From an uncultured Candidatus Bathyarchaeia archaeon (GTDB lineage Archaea > Thermoproteota > Bathyarchaeia > Bathyarchaeales > SOJC01), in the NCBI GenBank assembly GCA_964395545.1, contig CAYNAW010000003.1:1-51741 (forward strand): a DNA stretch of 51,741 nucleotides. Reading direction: 5' to 3'. Each line of letters begins with the position of its first letter. The first letter of the stretch is position 1. This document shows positions 44,436 to 51,741 of the stretch, one piece after another. A program made the position numbers and the translations under genes. The notes beneath the pieces were generated by a model. It was not told the DNA's origin. It saw only the letters and a program-made list of their open reading frames with translations, and did no database searches.

Positions 44436-45023
44436 TTAGCTGGCCACTTTGAGCAGGAGAAAAACCGACATAATTATCAGACCTACAATCAGCATTCTCA
44501 TTCCATGCAGAACCATACTCCTCTTCGATATTCTTCCCAGAAGAGCGCCTAGGATAAACATTATTGTCAAGCTAACTACTATGGAAAGTTGGTTTGCAGA
44601 GGCGGTTGAGAACACGCCTGCTAATGACAGTAAGAAGGGCAAAAGGCAAGCCAGGGCTGCCAAAGCAGGCGCCAAACCACCTACCAGCGCTGCCCACAGC
44701 GATGCAAAACGGCCGGCTCTACCCACCACAGTATCCTTGAGCTCTGTAAGCATCGACTTCTCCAAGGTTTTCATCTCGCCTGTGCGTTCTGCCTCTTCAG
44801 TCATGTATACCCCAACGAAACCCGACAAGCTCATAGCTAAGGCGGCTCCCAAGCCCGGCCAAACTATCCAGAACTCGTCGGTTATCCCGGCTACGGAGGC
44901 GCCTGCGACGATGCCTAGGATCGTGGTGGTTCCATCGAAGGCATTCATCACAAAATATCTTCTGCTTAACGGAGCGATTCCGCTGATGTTTATGTACCGT
45001 CTGATCTTGTTGAGAAACTTCAT
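44436..45023 (-). CDS. VIT1/CCC1-family membrane protein (putative Fe/Mn transporter)
   Basis: NAFDGTTTILGIVAGA motif and 5 TM segments. Confidence 0.75.
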   Translation of the reverse strand: MKFLNKIRRYINISGIAPLSRRYFVMNAFDGTTTILGIVAGASVAGITDEFWIVWPGLGAALAMSLSGFVGVYMTEEAERTGEMKTLEKSMLTELKDTVVGRAGRFASLWAALVGGLAPALAALACLLPFLLSLAGVFSTASANQLSIVVSLTIMFILGALLGRISKRSMVLHGMRMLIVGLIIMSVFLLLKVAS

Positions 45024-45038
45024 GGAGCTTTAGCTCGG

Positions 45039-45335
45039 TTAGATTCGGGCTGAACTGTCTTGTGGGGTCTTCACTGTTTCGACGAGCACTCTGCCTGACG
45101 CGACTTCGTCTATCGAGTGGATGGTGGCGCCCATTTCTTCGAGCTTCTCTTTAACTACCTCGAAGTCTATCTTGCTCCCGACCAACGTGATTTTGGCGTT
45201 CTCCACCTGTTGATCAATCTCGTAAATTACGACGTTCACGCCTTCGATGCCGTCGAGGCGGCTGAGGGCTTGAGAAAGGTCGATTACGTTGGGTTTGTGA
45301 GGTTTCAAGACGTCGAGGACGAGTCTTCTAATCAT
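45039..45335 (-). CDS. DUF211 family protein
   Basis: MIRRLVLDVLKPHKPNVIDL...GVNV...IDFEVVKEKLEEMGATIHSIDEV is typical of archaeal DUF211. Confidence 0.7.
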   Translation of the reverse strand: MIRRLVLDVLKPHKPNVIDLSQALSRLDGIEGVNVVIYEIDQQVENAKITLVGSKIDFEVVKEKLEEMGATIHSIDEVASGRVLVETVKTPQDSSARI

Positions 45336-45382
45336 GACGGACGACTCGATATAATTTACGTCTCCGAGTTTTAAACCTTTAC

Positions 45383-46054
45383 TTATCCTTGAGATGTGGG
45401 TTTGGCTTCAGGTTTGTAGAGTCTCTTTTCGTAGGCTCGTCTGGCTTTGACCTTGCCTCCGTATTGTGGTGTTGCCACTCGCCGTTCCACGTTCTTGGCC
45501 CTGGCTACGGCTCTCGCAATCCGTGTCTTCGACGGCCGTCGAATCCTAGGCGGCTTCTCCGGGACCGGGGTGAAAGGCTTCTTGGCCGCTCCGGTCGTTC
45601 TCCGCCTTCTCTGCATCTGCGCGGCCCCGTTGATCGGCTCCTTCTTGAAGGTCACGGTTCGTCCCTTCAGGTCGATGCTTTGGACCTTCCAGCCGACGTT
45701 TGCCCACGCGTAGCCTTGCGGGGATGACTCGCTGTTGTTCCACCACTCTTCACTCCGCAGAGCGCCGAGCGGCAGGTCGCTTTGGATGATGCCCTCGATG
45801 GCACGGAACGTGACAGTGATTACGCTCGTGAATTGCCCCCGTCGCCACAGATACTCTCGCAACGACGCATACTTGGAGCCACCGCGCCGAGGCGAGACAA
45901 TTCGTCGTGCACAGTGGAGGCAGATAAGGTCTCTCTGCTCGCTCCACAAGTTCGTAGTCATGCAGCTCCGGCAGTGGAGTTTGCTGCAGATCTGGCAACG
46001 CCTAAGCGTGTAGAGGGGCACCACTCTGCCGCAGATGGTACACTCGTCTTTCAT
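45383..46054 (-). CDS. 8-Cys zinc-finger protein with conserved WWxN-type central domain and Arg/Lys-rich tail
   Basis: CxxC-x11-CxxC-x4-CxxC-x13-CxxC, then KYASLREYL...VTFRAIEGII..LPLGA....WWNN..., then a basic tail of about 80 aa. ATG 46054 is preferred over 46072. Confidence 0.65.
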   Translation of the reverse strand: MKDECTICGRVVPLYTLRRCQICSKLHCRSCMTTNLWSEQRDLICLHCARRIVSPRRGGSKYASLREYLWRRGQFTSVITVTFRAIEGIIQSDLPLGALRSEEWWNNSESSPQGYAWANVGWKVQSIDLKGRTVTFKKEPINGAAQMQRRRRTTGAAKKPFTPVPEKPPRIRRPSKTRIARAVARAKNVERRVATPQYGGKVKARRAYEKRLYKPEAKPTSQG

Positions 46055-46109
46055 ACACGTAGTCATTAGCATACAGGTTGAAAAACATGTTGACCAAAGC
46101 GCGCGTCGG

Positions 46110-46688
46110 TTAGAACACGATCAGCGTGAACAAGCTGGTGTTCACCAACAGAAGAACGCCTTGAACGATACACACTAACCCAAGAATTAGCGCCACAGGT
46201 CTCGAAGTCACGATCATGCTCACCAGCTTGAAGACGTCTTCGATGAACTTGAACACCATAAAAGCCAGAAGTGCGGGGATGAAGAATATCGCCGCATACG
46301 CCCACGTCGACGAGACACCTAGCACCGTTTCCGGAAGAGGAAACAGCAAGTAGACGAGGCCGAGGCATATGCCGCCTGCGATCAAGCCGACCAGCGCTGC
46401 CCACGGAACATCCTTCAACGGCTTCAAGAACAAAGCCAGACCGGAAAACACCAGCAGAAACCGTGTTCCCAAGTCCCACGCGTCTGCTACCCAAACGCTT
46501 CCAGCGGTAACCAGTAGGAGGATCCCGACGAAGAAGCCGAAGAGCGAAGCAACTTTCACCGTTGTGCTTATCGACTGTCCGACGAGGGGCGCGCGTTTTG
46601 CCAGCCGCTCCAACAACCATGACGTGGCAAACATGCCTCCGAGAATCAGGATAAAGGGTGTCCAGTCCACTAGATAACTCAAGTCCAA
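46110..46688 (-). CDS. integral membrane protein (hypothetical)
   Basis: 192 aa with 5-6 hydrophobic helices. Chosen over the overlapping Arg-rich alternative frame 46066-46701. Confidence 0.6.
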   Translation of the reverse strand: MDLSYLVDWTPFILILGGMFATSWLLERLAKRAPLVGQSISTTVKVASLFGFFVGILLLVTAGSVWVADAWDLGTRFLLVFSGLALFLKPLKDVPWAALVGLIAGGICLGLVYLLFPLPETVLGVSSTWAYAAIFFIPALLAFMVFKFIEDVFKLVSMIVTSRPVALILGLVCIVQGVLLLVNTSLFTLIVF

Positions 46689-46843
46689 CTCTGTGCCTCA
46701 ACAGTGATTAGTTACGGGTCGACGCTCTTTTAATGCTTGCTCCTTTCATCCCAGCTTGCGCCACTGTGGTGTAGTCTCCCCATACGCACACAACCCTATT
46801 ATCCATGAACTAGTAGTGGTCAAACCAAGATGTAGTGATGTCT

Positions 46844-48163
46844 ATGAGGATAGGGTTCTTTGTCTGGGAATATCCGCCGGCGTTAGTTGGAGGCTTGGGC
46901 ACTTATGCTGATTACATGACGCGTGAGTTCATCAACATGGGCCACGACGTTACCGTCTTCACGCTTAACCCCGGTAACCTAAAGACCCGTGAAGTTTTCA
47001 GGGGAGTTGAGATACACCGTCCGAAGATAGTGGACGTCAGTAACGTGTTCCCGATGTTTGTCGCCGATGACCTGTGCAGGTGGGGGACCAACATCCGGTT
47101 CTTCAATGACATATTTATCTACAACGCCCTTAGCGCGGCCAAGTTCATCAACAGTGTCGTGAAGAAGGAGGGCTATCACTTCGACGTCGTCTGCGTTCAC
47201 GATTGGCTGAGCGGCATCGCGGGGATAACAGTCAAGAACGAAACTAAGCTTCCAGTAGTCTTCCACGTGCACAGCACTGAGTGGGGCAGGAGTGGAGGCC
47301 ACGGGTCAGGAGTCGTCTCCCACCTGGAGACCGCCACCGCCAACACGTCCGATCACATAATCACTGTAAGCGACGCCATGAGGGAAGACCTCACCCGCCA
47401 TGGGTGGCCCCCCACGAAGGTCAGCGTCGTCTGGAACGGCGTTGACCCCAAAGGGTACAACCCAAATGTTTGCGGGAAGGAGGACGTTGAACGCATACGG
47501 AGAAAGTACGGAGTAGACGGCAATTGGAATATGCTTCTCTTTCTCGGTCGTCTTACGTGGGTGAAGGGTGTCAGGAACCTTGTACAAGCCATGCCCCTGG
47601 TTCTGAAGAACCATCCGAAGACCAAGCTGGTGATACTCGGCAAAGGAGAGGAGCAGAAGGACGTGCTTGAAATGGCACACAGGCTCGACATCTCGGATCG
47701 AGTAACTTGCTGTTTCGAGTTCGTGCCCGAAGGCGAACGCATACTGCACTACGCCGCAGCCGACGCGTGCATCTTTCCCTCCGTCTACGAGCCCTTCGGC
47801 ATAGTCAGCCTCGAAGCCATGTCCATGGCGAAGCCCGTCATTGTCGGCGCCCAAGGAGTCGTGGGCTTTCGGGAACAGGTGATTTCGTCCGGCCCTGAAC
47901 AAAACGGTGTGCACGTGAACGGCAACGACCCAGCAGATATCGCGTGGGGAATAAACGAAGTGCTGAAGGACCCTGAGAAGGCAAAACAGTGGGGCCTCAA
48001 CGGTCGGCAAAGGGTGATGCAGTACTTCACGTGGCGAAAAGCTGCAGAACAAACCTTAGGCGTCTACAATTCGATCAAACAGACTCTCGAAAACAACGAG
48101 CCGGTGGTACAATATGCTCCTCTCGAGGAAATTCCCGCAGCACAAGAGCCGTCTCAGATGTAG
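46844..48163 (+). CDS. GT-B glycosyltransferase (GT4/GT5), glycogen synthase-like
   Basis: MRIGFFVWEYPPALVGGLGTY N-terminus and EPFGIVSLEAM motif. Start could also be 46835 or 46838. Confidence 0.8.
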   Translation: MRIGFFVWEYPPALVGGLGTYADYMTREFINMGHDVTVFTLNPGNLKTREVFRGVEIHRPKIVDVSNVFPMFVADDLCRWGTNIRFFNDIFIYNALSAAKFINSVVKKEGYHFDVVCVHDWLSGIAGITVKNETKLPVVFHVHSTEWGRSGGHGSGVVSHLETATANTSDHIITVSDAMREDLTRHGWPPTKVSVVWNGVDPKGYNPNVCGKEDVERIRRKYGVDGNWNMLLFLGRLTWVKGVRNLVQAMPLVLKNHPKTKLVILGKGEEQKDVLEMAHRLDISDRVTCCFEFVPEGERILHYAAADACIFPSVYEPFGIVSLEAMSMAKPVIVGAQGVVGFREQVISSGPEQNGVHVNGNDPADIAWGINEVLKDPEKAKQWGLNGRQRVMQYFTWRKAAEQTLGVYNSIKQTLENNEPVVQYAPLEEIPAAQEPSQM

Positions 48164-48825
48164 TCCAGAAGCTGTGTGAGGTTTCTAATCCTCTCAACAT
48201 CCTCTTCTCCGACAGTACCCTCACGGTCGACAAGCCACGTTCTCAGACCACATTTCTTGGCGCCTCTGTAGTCATATTCCACGTGATCACCGACGAAGAT
48301 GACTTCCTGCGGAGAGAGGCTTAACTCCTTCAGCGCTTGCAGGAACATCTCTCTGCTCGGCTTCATTCTACCAACCAAGTCTGACGTGATCTCCACGTCG
48401 AAAAGGCCAGTCAGTCCAACTCTCGACAAAATCTCTCTAACGTCACTTACTAGTCCGTTCGTTACGAGACCGATTTTCAGACCCTTCTGCCGGAGCCGTC
48501 GAAGCGTCTCTTGAGTATCTGGATATAGTTCCACGCTGCAATATTGCCACCACACCTCCGATATGCGCTTTGCAAGGCGAACTTTCTCGTTGCGAACCCC
48601 CAGATGCTCCAACACCTGCATGTTCCATTTGTGCCAAAATGCGTCGCCGAGGACTGGCATCTCCTCAATATCCACGTCTTTCTCGGCAAGTCCCCTTGCC
48701 CGCTCAACCTCCTCGACAGATCGTTCGATGCCATGTGCCTTCAGTATGTTCGCCATCACTTCGGAGACCGGTTGGCTTTTTATCAGCGTTCCGCCCAGGT
48801 CAAAGAGAACCGCCTTCATCTTCAT
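48154..48825 (-). CDS. HAD-superfamily hydrolase
   Basis: AVLFDLGGTL (DxD-like motif I), TNG motif II and VGDHVEYD motif IV. TTATTTAA TATA box at 48866-48873. Confidence 0.85.
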   Translation of the reverse strand: MKMKAVLFDLGGTLIKSQPVSEVMANILKAHGIERSVEEVERARGLAEKDVDIEEMPVLGDAFWHKWNMQVLEHLGVRNEKVRLAKRISEVWWQYCSVELYPDTQETLRRLRQKGLKIGLVTNGLVSDVREILSRVGLTGLFDVEITSDLVGRMKPSREMFLQALKELSLSPQEVIFVGDHVEYDYRGAKKCGLRTWLVDREGTVGEEDVERIRNLTQLLDYI

Positions 48826-48940
48826 TGTCGTCGCCTCGGTCAGGCTCCCACTTCAGGACACCTCGTTAAATAACGTTTCCGCCAAGAACGTGCCACACCT
48901 GAGTGCAGAGACTGCGAAAAACTCTCGTTCCTTACACCAG

Positions 48941-48972
48941 AAAAAACGAAGCTGCGCGCGCAGGAAAGCAGC
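48941..48972 (-). terminator. GC hairpin plus U6, terminator-like, ending the long noncoding stretch on the minus strand
   Basis: The minus strand reads GCUGC-N12-GCAGC, containing the 12-nt palindrome CTGCGCGCGCAG (48952-48963), then CUUCG-UUUUUU (48941-48946). Confidence 0.5.
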
Positions 48973-49049
48973 CTGCCTGCACGAAAGGGAATCTAGGTCC
49001 CACGAGATGATGAGCGCCTGAAGACGGTCGTAGACGCTGGTTTTCGCGG

Positions 49050-49094
49050 ACGCAAGGTGCTCAAAGGCTGAAAGGCCTAAATTCCACCTTTCGT
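49050..49094. other. 45-nt imperfect hairpin inside the noncoding gap
   Basis: ACGCAAGGTG (49050-49059) pairs 9/10 with CACCTTTCGT (49085-49094). Inner AGGC/GCCT stem. Confidence 0.5.
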
Positions 49095-49226
49095 TTCACT
49101 CGCCTCTCACCGACCTTTGCGCTGCCTTCGGCTCCGACTGCTGCTGCCCGCCCGCCTCGCTTTGGGACAGGGATGAGTACAGTCCGTGCGTGAAGTCCAG
49201 CAGATGCGTTGGCAGGGGAGAAGCAG

Positions 49227-49670
49227 CTACGAGAGGATGGTTCCCAGAATGGATTTCAAGTCTAATATGGCGAACATCAGGCAGACAGCGACTGAAAGCC
49301 CAAGCATCATGAGCATGGCTTTGGGCTCGACAGGCAATGTTACTGGGTTCTCCTCTGTTTTCTTCTCGATGGCATACTCCTTTATCTCAGTCGTGTCCAC
49401 GTCAATCCGCACTCTTGCGAGGAGCTTTTTTCCCACGTCCGCCTCGACCACGTAGTGCTGGTTCTCGATGGAGGCCTTCTTTGGTCTTATCCCTCTGCTA
49501 TGCCCCAAGGATTTCAGAAAGGCAATGGTCATCGATGTGACCTGCTGAGCGTTTAGAGGTCTAGTCTCTAACTGGGTCTTCTGAGCTAACGCTTGCGAAG
49601 GGGTTGTTTCCCCAATCGTTGCTGCCATCGAGCAAGTCACCTGCTTTTTGTTGAGTTGATGGACAATCAT
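49227..49670 (-). CDS. hypothetical protein with C-terminal TM anchor
   Basis: 147-aa ORF with a soluble N-terminal part and a single C-terminal hydrophobic helix (AMLMMLGLSVAVCLMFAIL). Confidence 0.5.
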   Translation of the reverse strand: MIVHQLNKKQVTCSMAATIGETTPSQALAQKTQLETRPLNAQQVTSMTIAFLKSLGHSRGIRPKKASIENQHYVVEADVGKKLLARVRIDVDTTEIKEYAIEKKTEENPVTLPVEPKAMLMMLGLSVAVCLMFAILDLKSILGTILS

Positions 49671-49718
49671 AATAAGGAAGTGTGTGTATTGCCCCCAACA
49701 AACTTGGGTCTCTGCAGA

Positions 49719-49949
49719 TCAGCGTTTGAGTATCGACAGTACCGCGACAGCGACGAAGGCTATGCCGGCGAGGAATCCGTTTCCTGTAACGAGCCAGACC
49801 ACGAGGGCGATGATGGCGGCGGGCAGAACGAAGAGAATGACTTTCACGGAGGCTACGATGATGATTATGCCTATGAACAGAAGGGCTAAGAGCAGGAGCC
49901 ATTCGGACACGCCGAAGTTCAATGGCACCGTCGGAAACATGGAATGCAC
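49719..49949 (-). CDS. small membrane protein (2 TM, hypothetical)
   Basis: 76 aa, almost entirely two hydrophobic helices. Confidence 0.5.
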   Translation of the reverse strand: MHSMFPTVPLNFGVSEWLLLLALLFIGIIIIVASVKVILFVLPAAIIALVVWLVTGNGFLAGIAFVAVAVLSILKR

Positions 49950-49990
49950 TATTGATTCTGACGGATTAAAACCTTCTCAAGTGCAGAACG

Positions 49991-50248
49991 CTATTTCTCT
50001 TTGCGCGCAAAATTCTCGAGGGCATGCGTACAGTCGAGCAGTTGAAACTCGTAGTGAACGCTCAAGACTAGCCCCGTGAAGAGCATGGCAAAGCCGATGA
50101 TGGCCAGAAAGGGCATTCTCAGGAGCAGCAACTCCAAGACCGTGAGTCCTGTGCCGAGAGCCCACACCACGCTCCCTAAGAATCGGGCCTGACGAAGCTT
50201 AACTATTCTTTCCTTCATATAGTCCGTGATGTCTGACACGACTTTCAC
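49991..50248 (-). CDS. small membrane protein (2 TM, hypothetical)
   Basis: 85 aa with an amphipathic N-terminus followed by two hydrophobic helices. Confidence 0.5.
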   Translation of the reverse strand: MKVVSDITDYMKERIVKLRQARFLGSVVWALGTGLTVLELLLLRMPFLAIIGFAMLFTGLVLSVHYEFQLLDCTHALENFARKEK

Positions 50249-50319
50249 CGTTTCTTTAGGTGAAAACGTGGAGGCAGTATATAAGTGCTGACTACAATTG
50301 TACGTTAGACAAGGAAATC

Positions 50320-50337
50320 TCAGGCTTTGCAGCCTGA
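50320..50337 (+). promoter_or_regulatory. perfect 7-bp stem / 4-nt loop hairpin in the predicted 5' leader
   Basis: TCAGGCT-TTGC-AGCCTGA, about 35 nt downstream of TATATAAG (50277-50284) and upstream of the CDS start. Confidence 0.5.
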
Positions 50338-50376
50338 ATCAGCAACCCACGAATGTCTAGAATGGAGAACGAGTAC

Positions 50377-51174
50377 ATGACGCAGAAGGTGATAACGCTT
50401 GTCTCAGATTTTGGGTTGAGAGACCCTTACGTGGCAGAAATGAAAGCCGTGATACTCACGATATGCCCCCACGCGAGAATCTTTGACATTAGCCATCAAG
50501 TCGACAAGTTCGACGTTCGCATGGGGGCCTTCACCCTAGCCTCTGCCGCTCCGTACTTCCCCGAAGGCACGGTGCACGTTGCCGTGGTTGATCCCGGAGT
50601 AGGGTCTCGACGTCGCCCGCTAGTTGCTGAAACAAGACGCGGCTACCTTGTCGGACCGGACAACGGTGTGCTTATGCTAGCTGCCTTAAAGGAAGGTCTG
50701 AAACACGTTTACGTCATCGAGGCCCGAGACTACATGCTCCCGAAGGTCTCGAGGACATTCCACGGACGAGACGTGTTCGCGCCTGCTGCTGCTCACCTAG
50801 CCCGGGGCATCGAAGCCTCGCGGTTTGGAAAGGAGACAGCTGAATACGTGATTCCTGAGTTCGCGAAACCGCGGGTTAAAGAGAATGTCGTGGCTGGTGA
50901 GGTGTTGCAGGTGGATGACTTTGGTAACATAATCACGAACATACCCAGAACCATCGTGGACGACCTGCATGTTCGTAGGGGCGAGCTTCTGAGAGTGAGA
51001 GCCGGCGGGAAGGCGGAATCACTTCGGTTCTGCGTCGCCTATGGACAAGTCGGCAAAGGCAAGCCTCTCGCCATAGTTAGCAGTCATGATTTCTTGGAGA
51101 TCTCCGTGAACCAAGGCAACGCTGCCCGATTCTTCGGAGTGAAGAGTGGGGACCCGATAGTGATTATGCGTTAG
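50377..51174 (+). CDS. SAM hydroxide adenosyltransferase / SAM hydrolase (DUF62, fluorinase-chlorinase family)
   Basis: ITLVSDFGLRDPYVAEMKAVI, VAVVDPGVGSRR, GPDNG and FHGRDVFAPAAA motifs. ATG 50377 behind GGAGAA; the track start is 50353. Confidence 0.85.
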   Translation: MTQKVITLVSDFGLRDPYVAEMKAVILTICPHARIFDISHQVDKFDVRMGAFTLASAAPYFPEGTVHVAVVDPGVGSRRRPLVAETRRGYLVGPDNGVLMLAALKEGLKHVYVIEARDYMLPKVSRTFHGRDVFAPAAAHLARGIEASRFGKETAEYVIPEFAKPRVKENVVAGEVLQVDDFGNIITNIPRTIVDDLHVRRGELLRVRAGGKAESLRFCVAYGQVGKGKPLAIVSSHDFLEISVNQGNAARFFGVKSGDPIVIMR

Positions 51175-51706
51175 TGTGCGGCTGAACCTTGTCCGTCTTT
51201 GCGAGTTCTCGGATTCTTCCCACGCCGTCAATCTTGTTGATGTACATCGCGATGCTCGTTGGCACGAGTTCCTGCCAGCTCTCACCCGTGAGCATTCTCT
51301 CCCGTATCTCTGTGGCAAGATACACGTGGCGTTTGTTATATGGTATCGCCTTCACGGGGAACCCTGCTTCCATGAACAGTCGACGTGTCAGCGGCTCGTT
51401 GGTGTAGACGTTCTCGAACCTCGGGGTATAACCCTTCACCTCCGCGACCCACATCATGTGGACGTGCATGTCGCGTATCGGGATAATCCAATACTTTGAG
51501 GATGGGATTTTGGCTTCCTCTAAGGCGCGTCGCACCATCACGACGCGTTCGCCTGCCGTGAAGGGGTTGTCTAGTCGGTGGCTGTATTGGGCACTGCCGA
51601 TGACGATGACTACTTCGTCCATTTCGGAGAGAATGTGCTCTACAGCATGCAGGTGACCGAGGTGAAAGGGCTGAAACCTGCCTACGTAAAGTCCGCGCTT
51701 AGTCAT
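51164..51706 (-). CDS. nadM: nicotinamide-nucleotide adenylyltransferase (archaeal NMNAT)
   Basis: RGLYVGRFQPFHLGHLHAV (HxGH) motif. About 180 aa. Confidence 0.9.
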   Translation of the reverse strand: MTKRGLYVGRFQPFHLGHLHAVEHILSEMDEVVIVIGSAQYSHRLDNPFTAGERVVMVRRALEEAKIPSSKYWIIPIRDMHVHMMWVAEVKGYTPRFENVYTNEPLTRRLFMEAGFPVKAIPYNKRHVYLATEIRERMLTGESWQELVPTSIAMYINKIDGVGRIRELAKTDKVQPHTNA

Positions 51707-51741
51707 AGCTGCAGCCTCGCTGCTGATGGGTATACTGTGGT

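Noticed and set aside
46066-46701. 211-aa Arg/Gly-rich ORF overlapping 46110-46688 on the same strand.
   Set aside because: It is an alternative frame of a clearly hydrophobic multi-TM protein. Its composition (R, G, V rich) is typical of an off-frame reading of GC-rich coding sequence.
46770-46800. tRNA-like D-arm string GGTGTAGTC in the spacer upstream of the glycosyltransferase.
   Set aside because: The flanks cannot be folded into acceptor, anticodon and T arms. No GTTCRANYC T-loop occurs nearby.
47306-48052. 248-aa antisense ORF inside the glycosyltransferase gene.
   Set aside because: The sense strand carries the conserved GT-B motifs. The antisense product has no recognisable features.
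49006-49020. AUGAUGA followed by CUGA on the plus strand, looking like C and D boxes. A similar AUGAUGACUGA occurs on the minus strand at about 32626-32636.
   Set aside because: The boxes are only 0-4 nt apart, leaving no room for a ~12-nt guide. There is no second box pair and no terminal stem. These are probably chance occurrences.
48880-49226. SRP (7S) RNA or RNase P RNA in the 401-nt gap. The size fits, and there are fragments such as GGAGCCGAAGGCAGCG (minus) and GGAGAAGCAGC (plus).
   Set aside because: The conserved helix-8 pattern (AGG-3 bp-GNRA-3 bp-AGCA) is not reproduced on either strand. The RNase P P4 motif GAGGAAAGUCC is absent. The 5' and 3' ends do not form the long terminal helix expected for SRP RNA.
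1-51741. Mobile elements, prophage, CRISPR-Cas, toxin-antitoxin or known defence systems.
   Set aside because: No integrase, transposase, Cas or toxin-like motifs, no terminal inverted repeats and no tRNA attachment sites were seen. The window reads as core chromosome.

Overview
This is a compact archaeal chromosomal segment of mostly housekeeping genes. The archaeal call rests on eS26, Nop5 plus fibrillarin, Trm1, archaeal-type ThrRS and ProRS, the thiolase/HMG-CoA synthase mevalonate entry enzymes, a CDP-alcohol phosphatidyltransferase, THEP1 and NMNAT. About 57 protein genes are packed tightly. Many start with TTG or GTG behind GGAGG-type Shine-Dalgarno sequences. Same-strand neighbours often overlap by 4-8 nt, and most convergent pairs overlap at their stop codons. 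I found no rRNA, tRNA, CRISPR array, transposase, integrase or recognisable defence genes.

The parts that deserve a second look:
1. A carbohydrate/energy island (5.4-13.1 kb): P-type cation ATPase, a translationally coupled HprK-like P-loop protein, PfkA-type phosphofructokinase, a membrane-anchored ATP-cone protein and alpha-glucan phosphorylase.
2. A protein with four CBS domains fused to an HPF/RaiA-like ribosome-hibernation fold (3703-4884).
3. A divergent pair of Cys-rich HTH regulators sharing a control region with six TATGAC/GTCATA half-sites (25.43-25.57 kb).
4. A 23-aa hyper-acidic micro-ORF behind a perfect SD (22496-22567).
5. A 401-nt GC-rich noncoding gap ending in a hairpin plus U6 on the minus strand (48826-49226), an outlier in this dense genome.
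6. A DUF35-HMGCS fusion in an operon with thiolase and a Yip1-like membrane protein.
7. An 8-Cys zinc finger protein with FYVE-like spacing.

All family calls come from motif recognition by eye. None was checked against a database.
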